Position numbers and translations under genes: made by a program. 64,000 nucleotides of DNA from Flavobacteriales bacterium (GTDB lineage Bacteria; Bacteroidota; Bacteroidia; CAIKAF01), in NCBI GenBank assembly GCA_025451235.1, contig JANWKT010000013.1, positions 81,317 through 145,316 on the forward strand, in the 5' to 3' direction. Positions 30,219 to 41,188 of the stretch are shown one piece after another. Every line of letters begins with the position of its first letter. Positions within the stretch are counted from its first letter, which is position 1. The notes beneath the pieces are model-generated. The model ran no database searches. It saw only the letters and a list, made by a program, of their open reading frames with translations, and was not told the origin of the DNA.

Positions 30219-32915
30219 TCACCTATTTTTTATAAATCTTAGCATGGCTGAATTTCCATTGGCCTTTGCCCTTATTATATACATACCGGCGCTTAATTCA
30301 CCTAGGTCATATACCTTGCTAAAAGATCCGGATATTTTTTCGGGGTTGAATATGCTAACCACACTTCCATAGATATTCATGATATCTATTTCAAGATTTT
30401 CTGTTTCCAGATCCTGTATATTGAGTTGAACCAATCCATCCGTTGGATTAGGAAACAATTGTATCTGTATATGATCTATCATATCCTGGATTCCAACATT
30501 ATCGATATTCACGCAGGCAGAAGTATCGGAGCAACCATTGATCGTTATGACCACCGAATAATCCCCATTGGCAGTAGCCATAAAACTTTGAGAAGTTTCA
30601 CCTACCAGAGGAGCGTTGCCGTTGTTGCAATCCAGCCATTGGTAAGAAGTAGCAAAGGCATTGGCTGTTATGGTAACGCCTGAAAGTTGGGTGGTGTTAT
30701 CAATGATAGGAGCCACCGTTAAGGTGGTAATGATGATGCTGTCGCAACCAAATATATTGGTCAGGGAATCCGTATAGGTACCGTTGGTGTTGTAAGTATT
30801 TGATCCCACGGTATAACTTTCACCGAAGCAAATATCAATATTCTGGTTAATAGGATTTGGTGGATCGATCGTTACAATTGCACTGCACGTAGAAACATTT
30901 CCATTGTTATCTGTTACGGTTAACATCGCAGGATTAGCCCCCACATTGGCACAACTGAAAGTATTGGGTGAAACAACCAATGTGGCAATTCCACATATAT
31001 CCGTACTTCCATTGTCTACCATTGATCCCGTAATGGTGGCTGTGCCATTGGCACCCAAAGCAACGGTAATATTTTGACAAACGGCGTTGGGTTGTATTGT
31101 ATCCATCACAGTTACCGTGCTTGTACAAGTAGCCGTATTTCCATTTACGTCTGTAACCGTAAGCACTACTGAATTCGCCCCTACATCCGCACAGGTAAAT
31201 GCAGTTGTATTTGCGCTTAAGCTTGCGATCCCACATACATCCGAGCTTCCGTTGTTCAGCATGGCGGCGGTGATCACGGCATTTCCCGTTGCATCCAGAT
31301 AGACAGTTAGGTTTTGACATGCTACCGATGGTGCTATATTATCCACAATTGTAACGGTGGAGGTGCAGGTGGAAAAGTTTCCACTATTGTCGGTAATGGT
31401 TAAGGTAACGGTATTGGTTCCTACGTTAGCGCAGGTAAATGAGTTTGGACTTACATTAAAACCTGCCATTGCGCAATTGTCAGATGATCCATTGTCTATG
31501 GTGGCAAAACCAATACTGGCATTTCCCGTTGCATCCAAATTAACCGTAGCATTCTGGCAAATAACTACAGGGTCAAGTGTATCTAAAACGGTGACCTGCG
31601 AAATACAGGTGGAAGTATTTCCATTGTTATCCGTAACGGTAAGGGTGAACGGAATGGTTGCTCCCAAATTTATGCAGGCAATAGCATTGGGGTTCGCACT
31701 TAGTGACAAAATCCCGCATGCATCTGAACTTCCATTGTTGAGCATCGCTCCGGTAATGGTTGACAAACCCGAAGGGCCTATATAAGCATTTATATTTTGG
31801 CAAACGGCAGTGGGAGTTATATTGTCAACTACAGTAACTGTTGCATTACAAGTAGAAGTGTTTCCGCTATTATCTGTTACCGTAAGTGTAACGGTATTGG
31901 CACCTACATTGGCGCAGGTAAAGCTGGTGGGAGCTGCATTCAAACTGGCGATTCCACATGCGTCCGAACTTCCGTTATTGATCATCGCACCAGTGATACT
32001 GGCGTTGCCTGATCCATTCAGGTTCACTGAAATATTCTGACAAACAGCTGTTGGAGCAACGATGTCTGCATTGCCCGTTCCCTGAATGGCATAATCGTAG
32101 GTTGCCTCATCACAATCATCATTGAAAACATTTACAGTTGCTTGTCTTGAACCAGCGGCAGAAGGATCAAAAGTTACCTGGAAAATAGCTGAGCTGGCAG
32201 CTGCAATGGTTGCAGGTGGTGCAAGCGTTACTGTAAAATCAGACGCATGTAACCCGGTAATGCTGGTTCCAGAAATATTCAAAGTATTGGTTCCTGTATT
32301 TTGAATGGTATATGTTCTCGTATTGGTCCCTGTGCAAACTAAAATCGGTCCGAAACCTGTATGGTTACTTCCTGATGGAGTTAATTGTCCGTCCGGAATA
32401 TTATTTGAATTCCCTTGAATATTTACTTCCGGATCTGATCCTGTTCCTTGTATCGCATAATCATAAGCAGCTTCATCTGGGTCATTGCTATTAATGGTAA
32501 TGGTAGCCGTTCTTAATCCGGCAGCAGATGGATCGAAGCTCACCTGAAAAGTGGTGGAGAATCCTGGATTTATCAATGAAGCCGGAGATGAAGTAACTGT
32601 AAAATCAGCAGCATGTGCTCCACTTATTACTACTGAGGTTATACTTAATGTGAGAAACCCTATATTTTGAATGGTAAAGGTTCTAACAACGGTTCCACTG
32701 CAAGTGGTGGTAACTCCAAAGTCAGTATGATCGCTGATGGAAGGACTTAGATCACCATCTATAATAGTAATGCTGTTGCCTTGCACGTTAATGTCCGCCG
32801 GTCCTCCAAATGGAGGATTCATGTAACCAGGATTGGTTGGCCATTTGGATGGGTTGGCAAAGGCTTCAATAGATATGCAAAAGAGGAGAAGAAAAAATGG
32901 AATGATTTTTTTCAT
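30219..32915 (-). CDS. T9SS-secreted protein with two choice-of-anchor-D-like domains and ~6 tandem HYR-type repeats
   Basis: 898 aa. Two N-terminal modules 'FTIQNIGFLTLSITSV..HAADFTVT..FQVSFDPSAAG..ATITINSNDPDEAAYDYAIQGTG'. Six repeats 'VCQN..V.L...GNA.IT.AM.NNGSSD.CGIASL...TCANVGAN.V.LTVTD.NGN.STC...VTV.D'. C-terminal T9SS CTD 'FPNPTDGLVQLNIQDLETENL..ANGNSAMLRFIKNR'. Confidence 0.85.
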   Translation of the reverse strand: MKKIIPFFLLLFCISIEAFANPSKWPTNPGYMNPPFGGPADINVQGNSITIIDGDLSPSISDHTDFGVTTTCSGTVVRTFTIQNIGFLTLSITSVVISGAHAADFTVTSSPASLINPGFSTTFQVSFDPSAAGLRTATITINSNDPDEAAYDYAIQGTGSDPEVNIQGNSNNIPDGQLTPSGSNHTGFGPILVCTGTNTRTYTIQNTGTNTLNISGTSITGLHASDFTVTLAPPATIAAASSAIFQVTFDPSAAGSRQATVNVFNDDCDEATYDYAIQGTGNADIVAPTAVCQNISVNLNGSGNASITGAMINNGSSDACGIASLNAAPTSFTCANVGANTVTLTVTDNSGNTSTCNATVTVVDNITPTAVCQNINAYIGPSGLSTITGAMLNNGSSDACGILSLSANPNAIACINLGATIPFTLTVTDNNGNTSTCISQVTVLDTLDPVVICQNATVNLDATGNASIGFATIDNGSSDNCAMAGFNVSPNSFTCANVGTNTVTLTITDNSGNFSTCTSTVTIVDNIAPSVACQNLTVYLDATGNAVITAAMLNNGSSDVCGIASLSANTTAFTCADVGANSVVLTVTDVNGNTATCTSTVTVMDTIQPNAVCQNITVALGANGTATITGSMVDNGSTDICGIATLVVSPNTFSCANVGANPAMLTVTDNNGNVSTCSAIVTIDPPNPINQNIDICFGESYTVGSNTYNTNGTYTDSLTNIFGCDSIIITTLTVAPIIDNTTQLSGVTITANAFATSYQWLDCNNGNAPLVGETSQSFMATANGDYSVVITINGCSDTSACVNIDNVGIQDMIDHIQIQLFPNPTDGLVQLNIQDLETENLEIDIMNIYGSVVSIFNPEKISGSFSKVYDLGELSAGMYIIRAKANGNSAMLRFIKNR

Positions 32916-33025
32916 CAGTTCGAAAATTAGGGGAATTGAAATATTCCTCTCAAAGTTAAAAAAAATTGGTCATAAAAATGGTCCACCCAAATTACACTGG
33001 TGGTTAAAAGAGGTGTAATAATCCA

Positions 33026-34072
33026 TTATAACTGATCCATAATCATCATGAGCTTATCATGTACATGAATGCTCCGCTCTGTATTCAATTTGGCAAACCG
33101 GGTGATGATGATATTTTTCTTGGGATTCACAATTACATATTGACCCCATAAGCCGGCTGCATAATAATAACCATAATCCTTCGGGCCTAACCACCAGCCA
33201 TATTCATTGTCCCAAGCCGAACGTTCTCTTAAATCCCATTTGATCATCTCGTTATACCAGGCTTCGGAAAAAATGGTATCTCCATTCCATTTGCCTTTAT
33301 TCAGCATGAGCCTACCCAATTTGGCAAAATCACGGTTCAATCCGGCCATGCAACAAAATGATTTAATCGTATTGCTTTTTTTATTGTCAACACTCCATTT
33401 CATTTCATGTTCTGCTCCGATCTTGTTCCATATTCTTTCTGCAAAATAATCCTGGAATTTTTTACCGGTTGCTCTTTCAATAATGATCGATACCAATTGG
33501 GTATTGCCATTTTTATAACTGAAACGCTGACCCGGAGGTTCACTTACGGATACATATCCTTTTACATTGTTGAGATTTCTTTTATAATACATAAAAGAGA
33601 GACTGCTGAATTTTAATCCGGAAATATGATTGATGAGGTGACGGATCTTGATCAACTCCATCCCTTTTTTACCTTTTAGTTCCGGAAGATAAGTGATCAC
33701 CAAATCTTCAGCACTTTTAATATATCCATCCTCAATAGCACATCCTAAGGCAATCCCCACAAACGCTTTGCTTACCGAAAAAGAGGAGAGTATGCTCGAC
33801 TCTTCATAGTTATCTCCATAATATTCATAGAGTACCGAATCGTTTCGGATAATGCTGAACGCAACAGTTGGACCATCCATTAAATATTCCTGTAAGCTAA
33901 TGGGATTTCCATTGTTCTGACTGGTGCGTACCAATAATTTCGTGCCTAAGGTTACCCGGTTTTCGGCTTCATAAAAACAAAATTGGTTGCAACTCCTCGG
34001 GATTTCTGCATGCCCGAATGATTTCCATGAGTTGATATCGGGAGCACCCATTTGCAAACGCATATGGTACAT
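33026..34072 (-). CDS. Serine hydrolase of the beta-lactamase/transpeptidase family
   Basis: S-x-x-K motif 'FSVSKAF'. 348 aa with an N-terminal hydrophobic leader. Confidence 0.75.
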   Translation of the reverse strand: MYHMRLQMGAPDINSWKSFGHAEIPRSCNQFCFYEAENRVTLGTKLLVRTSQNNGNPISLQEYLMDGPTVAFSIIRNDSVLYEYYGDNYEESSILSSFSVSKAFVGIALGCAIEDGYIKSAEDLVITYLPELKGKKGMELIKIRHLINHISGLKFSSLSFMYYKRNLNNVKGYVSVSEPPGQRFSYKNGNTQLVSIIIERATGKKFQDYFAERIWNKIGAEHEMKWSVDNKKSNTIKSFCCMAGLNRDFAKLGRLMLNKGKWNGDTIFSEAWYNEMIKWDLRERSAWDNEYGWWLGPKDYGYYYAAGLWGQYVIVNPKKNIIITRFAKLNTERSIHVHDKLMMIMDQL

Positions 34073-34262
34073 GCTACAACTGGTAAGGCTTAATACAACA
34101 AGGGTTGTGAATAATATGTATAGATGGTTTTTCAGAAACTGGTTTTTTGCGACTGTGAAGATAGTGAACAGATGTTTGCCAGTTATGATGTATTTGCTGA
34201 ATTTTAGGACATGGTCGTTAAAAAAGGTGAAGGGAACTTGAAAGTGAAGGATTGAGGCTTAT

Positions 34263-35414
34263 TTAAAAACTTAATCTCAAATAATATATATATGTTTTTT
34301 GGAATTGACCGCTGAACCAGGTGATATCCGGATTAGAAAGCTCATTGGTGTAGTTCAACACATAATAATTATTTTCATCAATCGCTACCACGGCAGGAAA
34401 TGCATTGTCACCACATCCAGGTAGATCCATTACCCAATCGAAATCTTTAACCTCCGTATTCAATCTATACAAGGCAGTGGTTTTGGGGGTAAAAGAATAA
34501 CTGGCCAGGTTCACGGTTCTTCGGATCCCGTCTGGCATCCATCCAGGGGCTTTTTCGGCATTCCCACCCCTGTTTCGTCTTGCTACCAGGTAAATATCTT
34601 TTCCATGTCGAAACATGCAGGAGCTGTCGTATTTCTTTTTGGTATGGTACATTTTCCATGTGGCCAATGAATCCTTATCTGCATAACATAACATGGCACC
34701 TTCTCCTTCTAATCGGACAATGCACCACATATTTCCTGCTTCATCAAATTCAAATTCACCTTCCTCAGAACCGGTAACAGATATTTGTGGTTCTTCACTA
34801 ATAGGTTTCCAATGGATCCCATCTTCCGAATCAAATAAGCGTAATTGTGCCTGATGAGCTCCGTATAAATTTTTGCCCCAATAAGCCGAGAACAATGGCT
34901 TACCATTATGTATCTTCAATCTCCAGGGAACATAACCGTCCATTCCAGGAGCAATGCGGTCCACCCATTTTCCCCGTCCGACCGAATCATTCAGGCCGGC
35001 ATCTTCTACGGTACTTATCCAAATATGTTTAGGATCAAAAGAGTACATCACCTTTGCTCCTTCGAAGCAATAAAAAAAGAGTTTTTCTTGATATACTAAA
35101 AACCTGGGTTCCCGCAAATCGGAACCTGTTTTGAAACTATGTTCGAATTTCCAGTTTATAAAATCCTTGGAGCTGATGATATACATCACTGCTTCTTTAT
35201 CAGGAAAGTGAACACGTGCTGATCGCCAAGCCACATAATAGGTATTGTTGAATTTTATGATGTCAACATTGTTGTTGGATCTATTGCAGATGATATTGGA
35301 AGGTAAAGAGGGGGAAGGGATGAGAAGGGTGGGTTCGGAAATGGTGGGATTGGTGTTGGAGTATAAATTCCAACATAGGAAAAAACAGATCAGGGTTAAA
35401 AAGTATTTTTTCAA
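34263..35414 (-). CDS. Hypothetical secreted protein (possible beta-propeller / BNR-like fold)
   Basis: Signal peptide. BNR-like 'SEDGIHW'. No confident family assignment. Confidence 0.5.
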   Translation of the reverse strand: MKKYFLTLICFFLCWNLYSNTNPTISEPTLLIPSPSLPSNIICNRSNNNVDIIKFNNTYYVAWRSARVHFPDKEAVMYIISSKDFINWKFEHSFKTGSDLREPRFLVYQEKLFFYCFEGAKVMYSFDPKHIWISTVEDAGLNDSVGRGKWVDRIAPGMDGYVPWRLKIHNGKPLFSAYWGKNLYGAHQAQLRLFDSEDGIHWKPISEEPQISVTGSEEGEFEFDEAGNMWCIVRLEGEGAMLCYADKDSLATWKMYHTKKKYDSSCMFRHGKDIYLVARRNRGGNAEKAPGWMPDGIRRTVNLASYSFTPKTTALYRLNTEVKDFDWVMDLPGCGDNAFPAVVAIDENNYYVLNYTNELSNPDITWFSGQFQKTYIYYLRLSF

Positions 35415-35512
35415 TTTGAAGGGTTGTTAGGCAAATGTAAGTAAATTCTTGCTTTGCGTCACGTGACTTCACCGAAAGTAAGCCCTATCTGGTACGAAGA
35501 GAAAACAAAAAC

Positions 35513-35923
35513 CTATCCCACATTCTTCACGGCCCCTACAATGGTGGCAATAAAAGTACCGAAGGCCAGTACCCGGATAAACTTGGCGCTGATAAAATTT
35601 TTAATAAAAGCCGAAGGAAAATTCAATTGTTTTAATCCCTTGATATAAACAGAGGCAACGATCATGAAAATAAAAAGATAGATCACCACATAGCCGGAGA
35701 TCAGGATGACTGCATCTACATCCAGGGTGAACAGGGTGGCCAAATAAGCCAGGGCCAATATTAAGTTAGCTGTTGAGTTTCTTTTTCTCAGTTTTTGAAA
35801 ATGGGTTTGCAACAATTCTATCTGCTCGGCAGATAACATGGTTACCCCTTTTGCATCGATACGTCTTTCAATAAATATGCCGGCGATATAAAAAGCAATT
35901 CCGGTTAAAAAAAGATAACTCAT
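35513..35923 (-). CDS. Hypothetical 4-TM membrane protein
   Basis: 136 aa. Hydrophobic helices throughout. Confidence 0.5.
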   Translation of the reverse strand: MSYLFLTGIAFYIAGIFIERRIDAKGVTMLSAEQIELLQTHFQKLRKRNSTANLILALAYLATLFTLDVDAVILISGYVVIYLFIFMIVASVYIKGLKQLNFPSAFIKNFISAKFIRVLAFGTFIATIVGAVKNVG

Positions 35924-35936
35924 AGTTGGAAGTTAG

Positions 35937-35996
35937 AAGACCGAAGCTTGAAGTCGGAAGACAAAGATTAACTTCGGTCTTCCGGCTTCAAGCTTC
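35937..35996 (-). terminator. Long imperfect hairpin immediately downstream of thiolase gene
   Basis: gaagaccgaagcttgaagtcggaagac ... gtcttccggcttcaagcttcg: a ~25 bp stem with one mismatch. Starts 5 nt after the thiolase stop. Confidence 0.5.
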
Positions 35997-36000
35997 GTGC

Positions 36001-37179
36001 TTATTGCATATTTTCAATTACCATGGCCGAAGCACCGCCTCCTCCATTACAAATTCCTGCAGCCCCGTATTTGGCCTTATTCTGTTTCAACACATTGATC
36101 AAAGTAACAATGATCCTTGCACCGGATGCGCCCAAGGGATGTCCCAATGAAACAGCCCCACCATTTACATTCACTGTTTCAGGTTTTAATTTCATGATTT
36201 GGCAATTTGCGATACCCACCACTGCAAAAGCCTCGTTCAATTCATAATATTGTATGTCATCCATTTTCAATCCTGCTTTTTCAACAGCTTTCGGAACTGC
36301 TTTCGATGGTGAGGTGGTAAACCATTCAGGTGCTTGCTCAGCATCTGCATAGGATCTGATCACTGCCAAAGGTTTGATGCCTAATTTCTCCGCTTTTTCT
36401 TTGCTCATCAATACCAACGCAGCGGCTCCGTCATTCATGGTACTTGCATTGGCTGCAGTTACCGTTCCTTCTTTTAAAAAAACAGGTCGCAACGAAGGGA
36501 TCTTATCGAACATTACATTTTTATATTCTTCATCCTCGGCAAATTCAATATCACCTTTTTTAGTGGAGATGGTTACCGGGATCACTTCATCCTTAAATTT
36601 TCCTGCTCCCCAGGCTGCAGCCGATCTTTTATAACTTTCAATCGCAAAAGCATCTTGCGCTTCCCGGCTGATCTTATATTCTGATGCGCAAAGTTCTGCC
36701 GCATTTCCCATAGGATAGTTATGGTAAACATCCGTTAATCCATCTTTTGCTAAACCATCCACCAATGTACTGTTGCCGTATTTTCCACCCCAACGGGCAG
36801 TTTCTGCATAGTAGGGCACCTGGCTCATATTTTCCATTCCGCCTGCAACGACTACATCTGCATCGCCCAGCATAATAGATTGTGCACCCAGCATAATGGA
36901 TTTCATTCCACTGGCACATACTTTATTTACGGTAGTGCAATTTACGTTATCTGGTAATCCAGCAAACTTGGCGGCCTGGCGTGCAGGAGCTTGTCCAAGG
37001 TTGGCTTGTAATACAGATCCCATATATACTTCCTGTACTTCTTTGGGATCGAGTTTTATTTTTTCCAATGCTCCTTTAATGGCAGCAGCCCCTAAACGGG
37101 TAGCGCTGGTTCCGGCTAAGGTTCCACCAAACGAGCCCATGGCTGTTCTAACGGCGGAAACAATATATACTTCTTTCAT
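36001..37179 (-). CDS. Acetyl-CoA C-acetyltransferase (thiolase II)
   Basis: 'MKEVYIVSAVRTAMGSFGG' and C-terminal 'GICNGGGGASAMVIE'. 392 aa. Confidence 0.92.
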   Translation of the reverse strand: MKEVYIVSAVRTAMGSFGGTLAGTSATRLGAAAIKGALEKIKLDPKEVQEVYMGSVLQANLGQAPARQAAKFAGLPDNVNCTTVNKVCASGMKSIMLGAQSIMLGDADVVVAGGMENMSQVPYYAETARWGGKYGNSTLVDGLAKDGLTDVYHNYPMGNAAELCASEYKISREAQDAFAIESYKRSAAAWGAGKFKDEVIPVTISTKKGDIEFAEDEEYKNVMFDKIPSLRPVFLKEGTVTAANASTMNDGAAALVLMSKEKAEKLGIKPLAVIRSYADAEQAPEWFTTSPSKAVPKAVEKAGLKMDDIQYYELNEAFAVVGIANCQIMKLKPETVNVNGGAVSLGHPLGASGARIIVTLINVLKQNKAKYGAAGICNGGGGASAMVIENMQ

Positions 37180-37401
37180 GTTCTGTTTTTATAATGGTGC
37201 CACGAATTTAATAAATAAGGAACTAGATCGGGTAAATTTTATGTTTTTTATGGTTAGCGGTTCTTTGTTGCATGGGGTTCCAGCTTTCGCGGGAACCCCA
37301 TGGTGTGGAGCTATTCCAATGAGATCCTTTTCAAAGCCAGCTATCGCTTCTGCTGCTGATTCGGATAAAATCTTCCTATCTTTAGGGTCATACATCTATT
37401 C

Positions 37402-38976
37402 ATGCGCCTCTTACATATACAAATCTGCTTTTTTTGTTTGTTCATCACTCAACTCTCGAGCCAGTCGTTGATCCCCATTTTTAATAATGAGAAGATCGGT
37501 TTTATGAATAGTGAGGGGCAGGTGATCGTTGAGCCGATTTGGTCCAATGCAACCCGATTTTCTGAAGGATTGGCCTCTGTAAGGCGAACAGAAAAGTACG
37601 GATATATCAACGAAAAAGGGAAAATGGTGATTGCGGAACAATTCGACTTTGCCTTGCCTTTTAGAAATGGGAGGGCCGTTGTTTATATGGATGGAGAGAA
37701 AAAAGAAATTGATCAAACCGGGAAATTTATTCCAACCGAAGAGGAAGTGATCCTGGGTCATCTGGCGAAGTTCGGCATCAAAGAATTTGCTTTTATCAGT
37801 AAATTCCCATATTGTAATTATACCATTGTATACCTGGAGAAAGGTTTATATGGTAAAAGACCTGTCTTGTTCGATAAGGATCTGAATCCGGTTTCACAGC
37901 CAGATCAATACGATGCGATCAATTGGGGATATAACAACTATTGCCAGGCAATGTATCCCAACTCTATAAAGGCGGATATATACGACGGCAGCGGAAAAGT
38001 AGTTTTTACGATCCATGAAAAGGATACTATTTATATAGAAAGATTTTTTACGGTTGATTCTATGTTGGTAGTTAATCCTGCTAGCCAAAAAAAATATTGG
38101 ATCAACAGGAACAGGAAAATACGTCCATCTACCATTTCATTGGATGATTATATTAGTTCGACCATTCGTAGGATCAATCCAGAAAATATGTATAGCTATA
38201 TGAGCTATGTAGGCAGGATTGGTGATCGGCATTATTTTAAAGGATCGAGGACCTCCAATAACGGATATTCCAATTATTTATTCCTGGGCGATGGGACCCT
38301 TCTTTTTGAGGAAAAGGATTTTAATTGGGGTGATGTTTATGGTGAACAGGAGGAAGATGTGATTGTATTTGAGTCGGAGATCAGTCAAACCGTTTTTAAT
38401 AAAGCAGGAAAAATTATCTACAGAAACGTAAAAACTAATTTTCAACAAAACCCTGATAAGAAAATTTATCAGAATTATCGATGTGAGGTGGATTCTATTC
38501 ATCCAAAAAATTTTACGAAAGATATTTGGGTGGATACTACCTTTATCGAAAAGAGAGTTACCTGGGGTGGTACACATTCTCTTCAGGATCATTATCGGTT
38601 CTACCTAAATCCAACCTACTATGCCAACCTGGTCTTTAAGCAGAAATCCAAGTCCTTTATCACTTCTAATGCTATGATAAGCATGGAATATTTTTACAAA
38701 GGCCAATGGATGTCAATTACCATGAATCCCCATAAATGCTTTGCAGACTTTCCCAATGAGTTCAAGGCCGATCAGCTTTATTTTGCTCAGGTCCCTATTT
38801 ATGGTGGAGATCTTCATTTACCTTGCAGAATACATATAAAAATAGTTGGAGGGGAGGGAGAGATCCTGTTTGATTTGTTCTCCAACCCATTTTATAACCA
38901 CATCAATTCCAAAGTTTTTAACGGTACCTACGATCCTTTTTCCAATTTTGATGATTTTGTTTATCATATCTATTGA
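37402..38976 (+). CDS. WG-repeat-containing secreted protein
   Basis: Signal peptide. Repeats 'KIGFMNSEGQVIVEP', 'KYGYINEKGKMVI', 'GRAVVYMDGEK' and 'LYGKRPVLFDKDLNP' are typical of the KWG/WG repeat. Confidence 0.65.
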   Translation: MRLLHIQICFFCLFITQLSSQSLIPIFNNEKIGFMNSEGQVIVEPIWSNATRFSEGLASVRRTEKYGYINEKGKMVIAEQFDFALPFRNGRAVVYMDGEKKEIDQTGKFIPTEEEVILGHLAKFGIKEFAFISKFPYCNYTIVYLEKGLYGKRPVLFDKDLNPVSQPDQYDAINWGYNNYCQAMYPNSIKADIYDGSGKVVFTIHEKDTIYIERFFTVDSMLVVNPASQKKYWINRNRKIRPSTISLDDYISSTIRRINPENMYSYMSYVGRIGDRHYFKGSRTSNNGYSNYLFLGDGTLLFEEKDFNWGDVYGEQEEDVIVFESEISQTVFNKAGKIIYRNVKTNFQQNPDKKIYQNYRCEVDSIHPKNFTKDIWVDTTFIEKRVTWGGTHSLQDHYRFYLNPTYYANLVFKQKSKSFITSNAMISMEYFYKGQWMSITMNPHKCFADFPNEFKADQLYFAQVPIYGGDLHLPCRIHIKIVGGEGEILFDLFSNPFYNHINSKVFNGTYDPFSNFDDFVYHIY

Positions 38977-39082
38977 TAATTTTCAATCTTTGGTAAAAAA
39001 GAATGGAGATCTTATGATCTCCATTCCAAATAAACTCTTTACCCATGGTTTCATACAAGAAACCACCAAGTAAAGCAGCTGA

Positions 39083-40981
39083 CTACTCTTTTATAAACCG
39101 TGCCGTGTTTATACCATTGAGTGTTTTTATCTGAAGCATATAAACTCCTGAGGCAAGCTGTTCCACCGAAAAATGAGTTTTTGTTTCTGTTTGCACAAGT
39201 GATCCCATGATATCATAAATGAAAATACTTTCTATGGTTTCATTTGTTTGAATGGTTAATGAAGAGGCTGTTGGATTTGGATAAACAGCGATACTTAAAT
39301 TTTCATTCGTCTCATTTATTCCGGCGGTGGTAACATTAAAACAGATCGAAGTATCAACACAGGACATGAATGAAATAACTGCCGCATAGTCACCATTCAT
39401 GGTTGGCGTAAAGGATTGATTGGTTTCTCCTGCTATAGGTGCATATCCATTGTTACAATCTACCCATTGCACCGGACCACTCACCACATCAACGGTAAGG
39501 GTCCCTCCTGTTTGTGAAACACCTGCCCCCATATAGCATGTAAATATTTTAAACAAATAGGCATCGTTACCCGCTACAGGTGTTAAATTAAACACGGGTG
39601 CATCCGAATCGAAATCAGCCACATCACCAAACATTCCGTTGGTATAAATATTGCCATCATTATCCACTTCTATACCACCTACTACTTCGTAACCAATGCC
39701 ACCAAATTGTTTGGCCCAAACAAAGTTTCCGCTCGAAGTTAATTTAGTAATATAAACGTCACTGCTGCCGAAAGGGGAAAGATTATAAGTACCTACTCCC
39801 GGATCAAAGTCAGTTAAACCACTTTCAAATCTTCCTGTTATATACATATTGTTGTATTTGTCCAAAGCCAATCCATCGCCATGCGTATCGCTGCTGGCAC
39901 CAACCAACATGCCTGCCCAAATAAAGTTTCCTGATGCATCTAATTTGGATACATAAGCGGCATAACCATTGGGTGAGTTGAGGATATTATCGTTACTTCC
40001 TGGATCAAAATCCATGGATGCTTCAAAATTTCCTGTTGAATAAACATTTAGATCTTTATCCACTTCTATATCGAATCCATAACCCTGGAATGCTCCGTTG
40101 AAGGCTGCGGCCCAAACATAACCTCCACCATTATCCATGCGTACAACAAAAGCATCACCGTTGGGTTCACCTATTAATTTCATGGTATCACCAGGGGCCA
40201 TACTTGGATTAAAATCAATGGTATCTGTAAAATAACCGGTGATAAAAATATTTCCTGCTGCATCCACGTCCATTCCATAAGGAACTACATCACCTTCGGA
40301 GCCCCCCATTTGTCTTACCCATAATAAATTTCCATTTGGATCCAGTTTTTGTACAAACATGTCATAAGAACCTATGGCGGTTAAATTATTTGCACCGGCT
40401 CCCGGATCGAAATCGGATGTACCGACAAAAGGTCCAGTTGCATAAATATTTCCAATTGAATCAGTACCCATCGCATTGTTGCGGTCAATTCCGCTATAAC
40501 CTGTACGCTGAATGGCCCATAAAAAATTCCCAGCCGAATCCAGCTTTACTGTAAATGTTTCTCCTCCTGATGTAGAAGTCATATTATACGTTCCTGCACC
40601 GGGATTGAAGTCAACTGTGCCATCGAATATTCCTGAACAGATCACATTGTCATCTTTATCTACGGTAATAGAAACCGAAAAATCGCCCCAGTTCGCTCCA
40701 AACTGTGCAGCCCATAGATAATTTCCTGATGCATCCACTTTGCATAAATATATATCACCATTTCCGGCAGTTGTAAAATTAACGATGGGAACTCCAGGAT
40801 TAACATCAATAACCGTCGTAAACTGACCAATTGTATAAACATTTCCATTGCCATCAGTAGCCACTGCGGTACCACTCTCTCCCCCCGTTCCTCCAAATTG
40901 TTTTGCCCATTCAAAACTTTGTGCATTCGAACTGATGCTTAGACCAATTCCTAAAATACCTGTAAGTAAATATTTGTTCAT
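39083..40981 (-). CDS. T9SS-secreted protein with SBBP-type beta-propeller repeats
   Basis: 632 aa. Repeated 'G..SD.D.G.G...L...G..D.F..K.D..GN..WA' units. C-terminal T9SS CTD 'VYPNPTASSLTIQTNETIESIFIYDIMGSLV..GVYMLQIKTLNGINTARFIKE'. Confidence 0.85.
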   Translation of the reverse strand: MNKYLLTGILGIGLSISSNAQSFEWAKQFGGTGGESGTAVATDGNGNVYTIGQFTTVIDVNPGVPIVNFTTAGNGDIYLCKVDASGNYLWAAQFGANWGDFSVSITVDKDDNVICSGIFDGTVDFNPGAGTYNMTSTSGGETFTVKLDSAGNFLWAIQRTGYSGIDRNNAMGTDSIGNIYATGPFVGTSDFDPGAGANNLTAIGSYDMFVQKLDPNGNLLWVRQMGGSEGDVVPYGMDVDAAGNIFITGYFTDTIDFNPSMAPGDTMKLIGEPNGDAFVVRMDNGGGYVWAAAFNGAFQGYGFDIEVDKDLNVYSTGNFEASMDFDPGSNDNILNSPNGYAAYVSKLDASGNFIWAGMLVGASSDTHGDGLALDKYNNMYITGRFESGLTDFDPGVGTYNLSPFGSSDVYITKLTSSGNFVWAKQFGGIGYEVVGGIEVDNDGNIYTNGMFGDVADFDSDAPVFNLTPVAGNDAYLFKIFTCYMGAGVSQTGGTLTVDVVSGPVQWVDCNNGYAPIAGETNQSFTPTMNGDYAAVISFMSCVDTSICFNVTTAGINETNENLSIAVYPNPTASSLTIQTNETIESIFIYDIMGSLVQTETKTHFSVEQLASGVYMLQIKTLNGINTARFIKE

Positions 40982-41188
40982 CTGTTTTATTTTATTGGTT
41001 AATAAATCTTGTGGTTGTTGCTTTATGGTCGACTGTTAGTTGAAGGAAGTTAATCCCATACAGCAAGGATACAGCTAAATGAAGGGATTTTCTGTCCACA
41101 TTTCAGCAATGGACGATTGGGTTCAGGAATGGAAAAAAAAATCACCCACCAGGGCTGATGGGCGATCTTACTCACATGATGAAACGTA

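Noticed and set aside
24430-32494. Dozens of 60-140 aa ORFs on the plus strand inside the two giant T9SS genes (e.g. 25411..25719, 28315..28596, 31357..31785)
   Set aside because: They lie antisense to long, well-supported repeat-rich coding sequence. The repetitive G/T/A-rich codons generate stop-free antisense frames. No independent signals.
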